From NCBI GenBank assembly GCA_964016885.1, contig OZ024743.1, positions 187,984,001 to 188,048,000 on the forward strand: 64,000 bases of DNA, read 5' to 3'. The notes under the pieces are model-generated. The model saw only the letters and a list, made by a program, of their open reading frames with translations. It was not told the DNA's origin and did not search any database. Shown piece after piece: positions 53,186 to 64,000 of this stretch (position 1 is its first letter; the number at the start of each line of letters is the position of its first letter). Made by a program: the position numbers and the translations under genes. This DNA comes from Eledone cirrhosa (lineage: Eukaryota).

Positions 53186-54279
53186 TTTCAACAATGTCAT
53201 TATTCCGTGTGTCATAATTCTCGATTATCATTGGTTCATAGGTTTCAAACGATTCTGCCCACCTCAACAACGCCAAACTTAAATTAATATGCATAATGCC
53301 AATGAGGGAGTGAGAGGGAAGAGAGAGGCAAAATGAACACCATGTATATGTGTCAGTGTAGAGACATGTGTGTGTGATGTGTGTGGAAATAAGAGGGGAA
53401 GGAAAGCAATAACTATTAACATGTGTGCGTGTGTATGTACGTGCGCATATGTTTATGTGTGTGTGCGTGCGTGTGCGCGTTTCCATGCGTGTATGTGTAT
53501 GTACGTGCGGCATCCCACAATCACCACGCAGTTTATCTGTTTGTGTGCCTGTCTGTCAGTCTAACATACACAGAGTTGTGAAGGGAGTAAATAGGGACCT
53601 TTTTTTACATTGACGGACATCTTTTATATTAATTATCTATATATATATCTACATATAATATAAAAGATTGGAACTTCCATCATCCTTTTGAGAAACGTGG
53701 AACAACCACGTCTATGCAATGATACACGTTTTACAGTCAGGCAGAAGATGAACCATCTCCTATAGGTCACTATTCTAGGTGGGAGCACCTATAATTGTTC
53801 ATATACTATGCACAAACGGTACAACGAAGAATCTGGTATATCTGGAAGATTTTTTTGCTGTTGTTTGTATCGCACAGATACCACGGACTCGCCTCATACT
53901 GTAACCAGACAAACATCCAATACAGTCATTTTCTCTTTTACCTGTCTTCTCTTATCATCTGTTTACCCGGGCGAAGCTGGGTACGTCAGCTAGTATAAAT
54001 AATTACAACAGTGACATAAACAGGTACTCAAGTTTTGTTGGGTTCTGGGCCCCAATTCATTCAAACATTAAACATATGGTATTTTCGCCGAAAATAAGTA
54101 AATGACACAGTCAATACTTTAAAACTGATAGCGTATGGTCTTCTAAATGTTTTTAATTAAACATATGGTATATTGCCAAATATACTATACATACATTCAT
54201 CTATACATCGCTATTTCAGAGCAGCAATCCTAATACATATATATATGTGTTCGTGTATTATGTATGTGTATATATATAT

Positions 54280-54309
<30 letters not shown>

Positions 54310-54310
<1 letters not shown>

Positions 54311-55432
54311 GTAATAATAATAAATTTGAAGACTAAAATCCAAAGAGGGCTCGATAAAGATAAATATATATCAAATATATAAGAACCGTAGAGCAAATAT
54401 TTATTAAAATAACAGATTAAAGTTTAAGCAAAAAATCGCTGCTTTCACCCTTAACGGAATCTTCTGAAACTAACAAAGTCAATCTGTAGACGCAGAAGTA
54501 GATATTTCAAAAAACGTTGCAACCGGAGGAAGACAGGAAGACGATACTTTGGTTCGTGGAAACGTTCGCTGGCTAAGAACGGGAAAAAACGAATATAATA
54601 CGTCATTAATAGGAGCGGTGAAAAACAATACGTGCAAAGACAGAACCACGTTTATAGTATAATACAGGTCGTAGACTAATGTTCTCTTAGGTGGTGCATA
54701 GAGACGTTCTCTGGCGATGAACGAAAAATACGAAGATAATACGTCATATGTGGAGCGTGGAGAACAATAGCACGCAAAGACAAAACCACGTAAATGGTAT
54801 AGCAGAAGTCGTAGACTAAATTCTAACTAGGAGACCGAATGAATCTCCGCTACAGAGTTAAGAACAAAGTAAATAAATACAATACAGAAGTAATAGAAAT
54901 AAATAAATACATACACGCAAACAAATACGTACATACACAAGCATACGCAAAAACTTACCATAGGTAAACAAAACCACGCACATATAAATATGTGTGTGTG
55001 TGTAAGCGTGTATACAAATAAATAAATAATTATATAAACGTATATAAATAAATAAATACGTATATAACAAGCGCACACTCATACCTACATGTAAATACAC
55101 GAATGTTCGGAGACGTAAGTCAACCAAAACATGAAGTACACATATACACACGCCCTACATACGTACGAACCTGCATACTCACACAGACGCAAAACTCCCG
55201 TATACACATAGTCGAACCATATGTACCAGAATATATTAAAAAATTATACGCCATAACAATCAAATATACGTACGAGAAGGTATACGTACCTTCACAAAAC
55301 ATACGGATAATATATACTTACCTATGCAAATAAGTAAAGGTATAAACAAAACATATACTTAGCTCCCACATCGAGACGTAAAATATCCACGTATAGATCG
55401 TACTATCCGTTACGGTATAACGTGGGGCTGTA
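54310..55432 (-). mobile_element. Naiad-type 3' UTR + pLTR copy without ORF
   Basis: Reverse complement of ~39217-40332; TA-rich flanks. Confidence 0.9.
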
Positions 55433-55890
55433 ATATAAATATGTAATATAAATATGAATATATATATAGCTTTATATATATAAAGGTGAGCCATTTAAGG
55501 GTTAAGTTCATATTATTTTTATTACTTGATTAATGGCATTGAACTTTTTACACAAGAGAATACATCTAAAGTGAATTACAGTTCATTTACTTTTCACTCA
55601 CAATAATCTATTATTTTTACAGACATTTTTCTCCAAATGCCTACCAAGGATTATTCTTTCAATCAAAAGGCAAAATAGGCCTCTTAGTATGAATGTACTA
55701 AACCTGCAATAACAGTTAACATATACATACACAAAAGTCTTTAGATATCTAAGTTCATTGTGTAAATGTTTTGTTAGGTTTCATGAAAATATAAAGAGAA
55801 TATCAATTCTTACATATTTCCTATTTCCTAACAAGTAAAACATGCATTAAATATTGAGGGTGATGATGATGTTCATGCTTAAATAGCCCA

Positions 55891-55927
<37 letters not shown>

Positions 55928-55929
<2 letters not shown>

Positions 55930-58140
55930 CTCCAAGGTCGCGGGAATCCCTCCCGCGCAGATAGAAAAACACATCAACTCCGCCTGGACCAACATCTGCG
56001 ACCGGCGGAAGCTCCCGAAGAAGCTGAGATACAACCTCCTCACGAGGAACAGCAGACTACCCGCCTTCTATCACCTCGTGAAAACACACAAACAGGGACC
56101 CGACCTGAAAATCAGGCCCATCGTATCGAGCGTGGAGGGACCACTCTACAACATTTCATGGCTCCTAGCCAGAATACTCAAACCCATCTTAGACACCTTG
56201 CCGGGACACGTTAACAGCTCCGAGGAGGTGTGGAAGCGCCTGCATCAAATGGATCCCGACACCAGAAGGAATAACAGATATGCCTTCAGCCTTGATGTAG
56301 TCGCTCTCTACACCTCGGTCCCGGCACTCCCGGCCGTCAATATACTAATGGAACGCGTCCAATCCACCGACCTACACTGCTTCGGGCTCACCACCACTGA
56401 CATCCACCAACTCCTATCCATCGTCGTCGACAACACCTACTTCGGATTCATTGACCAAATATACCAACAAACCTCGGGATTGCCCATGGGATCAAGCCTA
56501 TCAGGTGTGCTAGCGATCTCCTACATGGACAACCTCGAACGCAAGGCACTCAACGCCTGCCACCCCAACGCCGTAGCCTTTTTCTCAAGGTACGTGAACG
56601 ATATCCTCATCCTCACATCTTCCCAAAACACGGCGAACAGAATCTATGAGACGTTCAACAACACGGACGAGAACATTGACTTCAGTGTTGAACACCCCAA
56701 CGAAGATGGGTCACTTGCCCTCCTCGACTTCCGAATCAACATCACGGAACAGGGAAGGATCCACTGAAACTTCTACCGAAAGGCAGCCTGCAGGGACCTA
56801 TTCGTTCACTACAAGTCCGCCCTCCCTAACAGTGCCAAAAGAGGATACATCACGACGAGATCGCGCGAATCAAAAACAGATGCAGCGATCCCGCGAGAGG
56901 TGTCACTCATACCAAGCGATTCTTCGAGGTGCTGGATGCGAACGGGTACCCTACCTCGATCACAGACAGAATAGGAGACACCAGACGCAAGAGACAGAGA
57001 AGCACCCAAGGCAAGTGCTTCCTTAAAATGCCACACCTAGGCGAGAAAACCACCAACGCTATCCGCAAGGCTATACGGAGGGAGGGCCTCGACATCCACC
57101 TGGCCCACTCGGGCCCTTCCCTACGAAGATGCCTCTCCAGGAAACCCGAAAAATCTACTGACGCATGCTCCCTCAGAGACTGCCCGATACGCCATGCGAA
57201 CTGTTGCCTACGCACATACGTCGTGTATGAGATAGAATGTGACAGGTGCAACCAATACTACATAGGTAGCACAATTCGACCTTTGCACATCCGGATCAAG
57301 GAACACATTAAAACCAGGGCCTCATCTTTCCGGAAACACATAGACAAATGCGGAAACAAAGACGGAAGGCCCATTGTCACAATTCTAGCGACTGAAAGAA
57401 ACGTCGGCACGTTACGTATCAAGGAAGCGCTTTTTATCAAACGACTGCAACCGCAAATAAACAACCGATCAGAGAGAAGCGAAATGAGATGGCTGGTTTA
57501 AGTTAACAAGCGATGCAACAACACACAACACACGCACACACGCAAACGAGACAACTACACACACGCACACACACACAGTAGCATTCCACCATACGAACAT
57601 ACTACACTGCCAATACAGAGGAACAAGGCAACAACACACGCACAGACATACACACACTCAAGCGAGACAACAACACACGCACACACACACACGGTAACAT
57701 TTAACAAACAGGCAGAGAATGGACTGACAGCTAGCGCCATCCCACTTCCTCATTCGGCCGCTGCCCTCTGTACGACCGACCCCATTTCACGCGCACGCGC
57801 GCTCTGCCGAATACCTCAGATATTTAAACAACAAACAGCGAAGGACGTGTTCCGGACCTGTCCGACAGACAACCTTTTCTCCCACCCCGGAAAAAAACCC
57901 CAGTTGATGGATGTGAATCCGAAATACATAGGGACTATTAAATCTCTCCCAAGGTAACTCTCTCTTGTGTTGTTATTTTTATTCTATCCTTTATACTCTT
58001 CCCATCATTCTACACATCTCACACATCTTATACACACCACGCATCTCAACGTACACCCACTTACATCTCTCTCTCCACCACCGGACCTTGTTACCCGGAG
58101 ATTTACCCATTTGCATTGTCGTGGCTTCCAAACGACTTAA

Positions 58141-58142
<2 letters not shown>
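55928..58142 (+). mobile_element. Penelope-like element, 5'-truncated, with 3' pLTR
   Basis: KTHK, RPIVS, SLDVVALYT, GLPMGSSLS, RYVND (D to N), stop at 56765; GIY-YIG VVYEIEC..C..YIGST.R.L..RIKEH (56929-57501); (TA)n on both sides. Confidence 0.9.
57898..57933 (+). ncRNA. Hammerhead-like motif with non-canonical core (related copies 61719-61750 +, 58371-58402 -)
   Basis: CCC-CAGUUGA-U-GGAU-GUGA-AUCC-GAAA; sister family has CCGUUGA-U-GGGC-GUGA-GCCC-GAAA, i.e. a covarying stem. Confidence 0.5.
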
Positions 58143-58177
<35 letters not shown>

Positions 58178-58679
58178 AGGGTGTTAAAGTTTGCTTGAAG
58201 CATTGTGAAATGTGTAAAATACGTAGTTAAGAAAGCCACAACAATGCAGAGGGAAATCTCGAGGTAGGAAGTGAAAGATAGATAGGAAAAACAGGTGAAA
58301 GTGAAAATTGAGAGAGACAAAGATGAAAACAAAACAAAGGTAGAAGGGTTACCGTAGTAGAGATTTAATACCAATATTTCGGGCTCACGCCCATCAACGG
58401 GGGAAAGTTCCAAAATGGGGGGAACAGGCCAAGCGGAGAAAGTTGTGATGTCGTTAAGACAGGAATGCCGTTATGGGGAGAAAATGTTTAAAATTTTTAA
58501 ACGAGGGAAAGAATGCACGTGCGCGTGATAGGCTGTGGCAAAAGCTACTGACCAAATGGGTTAAATCAAGAGGGTGCGCTAGCGTGTGAAAGCCGTAAGA
58601 TATGTGGGTGTAAATATATATGTGTGTGTAACTGTGTGTGTATAAGTGTAAGTGTGTATATGTGTGAGTGTGTGTGTCT

Positions 58680-59075
58680 GTGAAAGATAGTGGGCTGTAG
58701 AAGCTGGAAATCAAAGGGTGTGAAAGGTGGTAGGTTGTAAAACATGTGTGCGTATATAAATATAGATGTGTGTGTGTAAGCGTAAGGGTATACATGTGTG
58801 TGTATATGTGTGAGTGCGTTTGTGTGTGAAAGATAGTGGGCTGTAGAAGCTGGAAATCAAAGGGTGTGAAAGGTGGTAGGTTGTAAAAACATGTGTGCGT
58901 ATATAAATATAGATGTGTGTGTGTAAGCGTAAGGGTATACATGTGTGTGTATATGTGTGAGTGCGTTTGTGTGTGAAAGATAGTGGGCTGTAGAAGCTGG
59001 AAATCAAAGGGTGTGAAAGGTGGTAGGTTGTAAAAACATGTGTGCGTGTATAAATATAGATGTGTGTGTGTATGC
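58680..59075. repeat. ~147-bp tandem repeat in Penelope 3' UTR (3 units; 2 units at ~61190-61445)
   Basis: TGAAAGATAGTGGGCTGTAG at 58681, 58827, 58974. Confidence 0.9.
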
Positions 59076-59143
59076 GTATGGGTATGCATATACGTGCGTG
59101 TGTGTGAAGATAGCAGGCCGTAGGCTGTGAATGGTCACTATGG

Positions 59144-60424
59144 TTAAGTTAGCCATGTCAGCTCATTTCTCTCAGCCCGGTTGTTAAGTGGGGGTCTGAG
59201 GTTCTTAATAACAAGTGCTTCCTTTATCCTTAAGGATCCGATGCTGCGTTCAGTCGCTAGGACTGTGACCAAGGGTCTACCCTGTGGGTTTCCGCATTTA
59301 AGGATGTGTTTACGGAAGGAAGATGCGTTGGTGTTGATATGTTCCTTGATACGAACATGTAGGGGTCGGATGGTACTACCTATGTAAAACTTGTTACATT
59401 TATCGCATTGAATCTTATATACGACATAGGTGCGTAGGCAATCTGCCCCCCGTATCGGGCAGTTGCTGAGGGAACACGTCCCATCTGACTCGTCGGGTTT
59501 GTTGGAGAGGCATCTTCGCAGCGAAGGTCCTGTGTGGGCCAAATGTATGTCAAGTCCCTCCGTCCGTATGGCCCTGCGGATGGCGTTCGTGGTATATTCA
59601 CTCAGGTGGGGGATTTTAAAGAAGCACCTGCTATTATTTAATTTTCTAGTGGGTGTCTGTCTATTGGGTCTGGGGTCTCTAATTCCGTTAATCAGTCGCT
59701 TGGGATAACCATTAGATCTGAGTAGATTACGGAATTGCGTGGTATGGGTGAGACCACCCATCGGGTCGCTGCATCTGTTAGTGATCCGTGTCAGTTCATT
59801 TAGGACATAGCCTCTCTTAGCGTTGTTGGGGAGGGCTGAGTTATAATGCACAAATAAGTCCTTGCACGCTGCTTTGCGGTTGAAGGTGGTGTTTATGTCT
59901 CCTTCTTCCGAGATGTTGATACGGAAGTCGAGGAGGGCGAGTGACCCGTCTTCTCCTGGGTGTTCGATGGTGAAATCGACGTGATGGTCAGTATCGTTGA
60001 AGATTTGGTGAATTTCATTCGCCATCTCCCGGGAAGAAGTAAGTATCAGGATATCATCAACGTATCTGGAGTAGAAGGCGACGGCGTTGGGTTGGCAGGT
60101 ATTGAGTGCCTTGCGTTCCAGGTGGTCCATGTAAGAGATCGCAAGTATGCCGGACAGACTAGAGCCCATAGGTAGCCCAGAGATTTGTTTGTACGTGTGG
60201 CCGAGGAAATTGAAGAGTGCATTATCCACAACGAAGGAGAGGAGTTGGTGGATGTCCGTGTGTGTGAGTCCGAAGCAGTGTAAGTTAGATGCTCGGACTC
60301 GTTCGGTCAACAGGTCGACAGCTGGGGATGCTGGTACGGAGGTATAAAGGGCGACCACATCAAGACTGAAGGCATAACCGTTGTCCTTTCTGGTGTTGAG
60401 TGCCAGATGGTGTAGTCGCTCCAA
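59144..60424 (-). CDS. Uninterrupted RT core + GIY-YIG fragment (426 aa, no native start)
   Basis: SLDVVALYT, GLPMGSSLS, RYVDD, VVYKIQCDKC..YIGST.RPL..RIKEH, KEAL.I..L.P.LN. Confidence 0.8.
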   Translation of the reverse strand: MERLHHLALNTRKDNGYAFSLDVVALYTSVPASPAVDLLTERVRASNLHCFGLTHTDIHQLLSFVVDNALFNFLGHTYKQISGLPMGSSLSGILAISYMDHLERKALNTCQPNAVAFYSRYVDDILILTSSREMANEIHQIFNDTDHHVDFTIEHPGEDGSLALLDFRINISEEGDINTTFNRKAACKDLFVHYNSALPNNAKRGYVLNELTRITNRCSDPMGGLTHTTQFRNLLRSNGYPKRLINGIRDPRPNRQTPTRKLNNSRCFFKIPHLSEYTTNAIRRAIRTEGLDIHLAHTGPSLRRCLSNKPDESDGTCSLSNCPIRGADCLRTYVVYKIQCDKCNKFYIGSTIRPLHVRIKEHINTNASSFRKHILKCGNPQGRPLVTVLATERSIGSLRIKEALVIKNLRPPLNNRAERNELTWLT

Positions 60425-63400
60425 GACTACACCATCTGGCGCCCAACAACGCTAAGAGAGGCTATGTCCTAAATGAACTGACACGGATCACTAACAGATG
60501 CAGCGACCCGATGGGTGGTCTCACCCATACCACGCAATTCCGTAATCTACTCAGATCTAATGGTTATCCCAAGCGACTGATTAACGGAATTAGAGACCCC
60601 AGACCCAATAGACAGACACCCACTAGAAAATTAAATAATAGCAGGTGCTTCTTTAAAATCCCCCACCTGAGTGAATATACCACGAACGCATCCGCAGGGC
60701 CATACGGACGGAGGCACTTGACACAGGACCTTCGCTGCGAAGATGCCTCTCCAACAAACCCGACGAGTCAGATGGGACGTGTTCCCTCAGCAACTGCCCG
60801 ATACGGGGGGCAGATTGCCTACGCACCTATGTCGTATATAAGATTCAATGCGATAAATGTAACAAGTTTTACATAGGTAGCACCATCCGACCCCTACATG
60901 TTCGTATCAAGGAACATATCAACACCAACGCATCTTCCTTCCGTAAACACATCCTTAAATGCGGAAACCCACAGGGTAGACCCTTGGTCACAGTCCTAGC
61001 GACTGAACGCAGCATCGGATCCTTAAGGATAAAGGAAGCACTTGTTATTAAGAACCTCAGACCCCCACTTAACAACCGGGCTGAGAGAAATGAGCTGACA
61101 TGGCTAACTTAACCATAGTGACCATTCACAGCCTACGGCCTGCTATCTTCACACACACGCACGTATATGCATACCCATACGCATACACACACACATCTAT
61201 ATTTATACACGCACACATGTTTTTACAACCTACCACCTTTCACACCCTTTGATTTCCAGCTTCTACAGCCCACTATCTTTCACACACAAACGCACTCACA
61301 CATATATACACACACATTTACACACACATGTATACCCTTACGCTTACACACACACATCTATATTTATACACGCACACATGTTTTACAACCTACCACCTTT
61401 CACACCCTTTGATTTCCAGCTTCTACAGCCCACTATCTTTCACAGACACACACACTCACACATATACACACTTACACTTATACACACACAGTTACACACA
61501 CATATATATTTACACACAAATATCTTACGGCTTTCACACGCTAGCGCACCCTCTTGATTTAACCCATTTGGTCAGTAGCTTTTGCCACAGCCTATCACGC
61601 GCACGCGCATTCTTTCCCTCGTTTAAATTTTAAACATTTACTCCCCATAACGGCATTCCTGTCTTAACGACATCACAACTTTCTCCGCTTGGCCTGTTCC
61701 CCCCCTTTTGGAACTTTCCCCCGTTGATGGGCGTGAGCCCGAAATATTGGTATTAAATCTCTACTACGGTAACCCTTCTACCTTTGTTTTGTTTTCATCT
61801 TTGTCTCCCTCAATTTTTACTTTCACCTGTTTTTCCTATCTATCTTTCACTTCCTACCTCGAGATTTCCCTCTGCATTGTTGTGGCTTTCTTAACTACGT
61901 ATTTTACACATTTCACAATGCTTCAAGCAAACTTTAACACCCTCTTATTATTACACCTGAGCCAGTACTTGTTTGCACCCCTAAGGAACCTTTTCAGACT
62001 ATCGGAGAATCGTGCCAAACTCGGTTGCCAAATTACCTTCTTAAAACGCTGCCTAAAGAACAACATCATTCCAACCACCATCAGGAATATACATCTACCC
62101 GAATGTTTACGATCACCATCCTTCCAAAACACCATCCGCCACATTCAACGCACGTTTATCAAGAAAATACTACGACACAACCACCACCAACTGCGACTCC
62201 ATATACAAACGCTTTCCGAGCACATAGATCGTATAGCTCCAACCCTCACTCCTGACCACCAGGTCCAGGAAATACGCAAAGCTATAGATCAGTGTTACCA
62301 CACCAGAGTCAAATATGATAAACAGCGCCTTATACGGAAATACGAATGGACTGTAAACAAATACTACAATGACAACATCCGCTCCCACAGACGGACCGAC
62401 TACAACCACACCAGGGGCAACAGCTATACAACACCCTCCGCTACATCCCCCAACATCGATCTACCTACCAACGATGCTTCACACCTCGTTACCGACTTAA
62501 CCGGTACCCTCACCAACGACGAACTCGAACTTCTGCGCCTCGGACCCAAGTTCATCATTACACAGCGTCTCGATGATAGACTGAAACTCGACATCGAAAC
62601 CAACTTCTGTCGGACAGCATATCAACTGAAATGGCTAACCGCCATCCAAAACAACACCGAGATCGATTACAACCCCACAACCCACCGCACACTCCCCACG
62701 TATCACCTCGACAACCCACTCCACCCCCCACCCACCAACCACGAACTTGACACTAAACTACTCAGGTTGAAACATTCTATCTCTAACATCCTTTCCCAAC
62801 ACACACACACACACAATAAACGCAACCTCACCAATGCACAATTTAATACTCTCACCAACCTAAGATCCAGGAACCTTGTGTACCTTCCCTCTGACAAGGG
62901 GAAAGAATTCTGTGTCATCTCGAGAGAGACCTACAGCAACTTAGCTCTCCAACATCTTAATGACCACAGCCTCTACTCGAAAGTCACAGGGACCTCCTCG
63001 ACTCTAATCGAGGAAGGCATGAACACCATATGGACTAACATCTGTGTCCAACGAAAACTGCCAAAGAAGGTAAAAAACAACATAATGACTCGAAACAGCA
63101 AATTACCCACCTTCTACCACCTGGTTAAAACACATAAACAAGGACCCGATTTGAAAATCAGGCCCATTGTCTCTAGCGTGGAGGGGCCCACTCTACAAAA
63201 TATCGTGGCTGCTCTCCACACTACTGAAACCTATTCTACACACACTACCAGCCCACGTCTGCAGCTCAAGGGAAGTCTTGGAGCGACTACACCATCTGGC
63301 GCCCAACACCAGAAAGGACAACGGTTATGCCTTCAGTCTTGATGTGGTCGCCCTTTATACCTCCGTACCAGCATCCCCAGCTGTCGACCTGTTGACCGAA

Positions 63401-64000
63401 CGAGTCCGAGCATCTAACTTACACTGCTTCGGACTCACACACACGGACATCCACCAACTCCTCTCCTTCGTTGTGGATAATGCACTCTTCAATTTCCTCG
63501 GCCACACGTACAAAAAAATCTCTGGGCTACCTATGGGCTCTAGTCTGTCCGGCATACTTGCGATCTCTTACATGGACCACCTGGAACGCAAGGCACTCAA
63601 TACCTGCCAACCCAACGCCGTCGCCTTCTACTCCAGATACGTTGATGATATCCTGATACTTACTTCTTCCCGGGAGATGGCGAATGAAATTCACCAAATC
63701 TTCAACGATACTGACCATCACGTCGATTTCACCATCGAACACCCAGGAGAAGACGGGTCACTCGCCCTCCTCGACTTCCGTATCAACATCTCGGAAGAAG
63801 GAGACATAAACACCACCTTCAACCGCAAAGCAGCGTGCAAGGACTTATTTGTGCATTATAACTCAGCCCTCCCCAACAACGCTAAGAGAGGCTATGTCCT
63901 AAATGAACTGACACGGATCACTAACAGATGCAGCGACCCGATGGGTGGTCTCACCCATACCACGCAATTCCGTAATCTACTCAGATCTAATGGTTATCCC
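60425..64000 (+). mobile_element. Penelope partial tandem: 3' part + pLTR followed by the main body, which runs off the window
   Basis: 60442-61111 GIY-YIG end, 3' UTR/pLTR, then ORF. Confidence 0.9.
61918..64000 (+). CDS. Penelope RT ORF, N-terminus to RT; one frameshift near 63185; incomplete at window end
   Basis: ATG 61918, FLKRCLKNNIIP, LLRLGPKF, PSDKG, KTHK, RPIVS; continues in another frame through YVDD near 63638. Confidence 0.8.

Larger units (their letters stand above)
58173..60428 (-). mobile_element. Inverted, 5'-truncated arm of a second Penelope family
   Basis: Reverse complement of 60442-61947 and of 63275-64000. Confidence 0.92.

Noticed and set aside
58454-59089. Repetitive His/Thr-rich ORFs or a CRISPR-like array
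   Set aside because: UTR tandem repeat with identical units, no unique spacers, no cas genes, eukaryotic context.
61708-61917. Hydrophobic N-terminal extension of the Penelope ORF
   Set aside because: Starts at TTG in pyrimidine-rich pLTR sequence; ATG 61918 is the more plausible start.

Overview
AT-rich, microsatellite-dense eukaryotic (animal) DNA made almost entirely of non-LTR retroelements; no intact host gene is recognisable. The repeat repertoire and (TA)n/(CATA)n density resemble a mollusc, probably an octopus (inference). Contents: R4/Dong-like RLE retrotransposons (two main families, all on +, ending in (TAA)n); a Tx1/L1-like APE-RT family (all on -, one near-full-length copy at 3246-9125) sitting in the same (TAA)n tracts, three times tail-to-tail with a Dong-like element; tRNA-derived SINEs whose 3' end resembles the Tx1-like 3' end; RTE-like LINEs, one with a PHD-like finger after the RT; a CRE-like RLE remnant; and Penelope-like elements (a Naiad-type copy and two related Penelope families) in (TA)n tracts, with pseudo-LTRs and inverted arrangements. 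Best leads: (1) a nested (TAA)n-targeting Dong/Tx1/SINE assemblage with a possible Tx1-SINE partnership; (2) several hammerhead-ribozyme folds with non-canonical cores, including a family-fixed CAGAAGA core and a U3:A8 compensatory core; (3) an open-frame Dong-like copy with clustered sense-strand A-to-G changes in conserved motifs, possibly a retro-integrated A-to-I edited RNA. All calls are by eye; boundaries of decayed elements are approximate.
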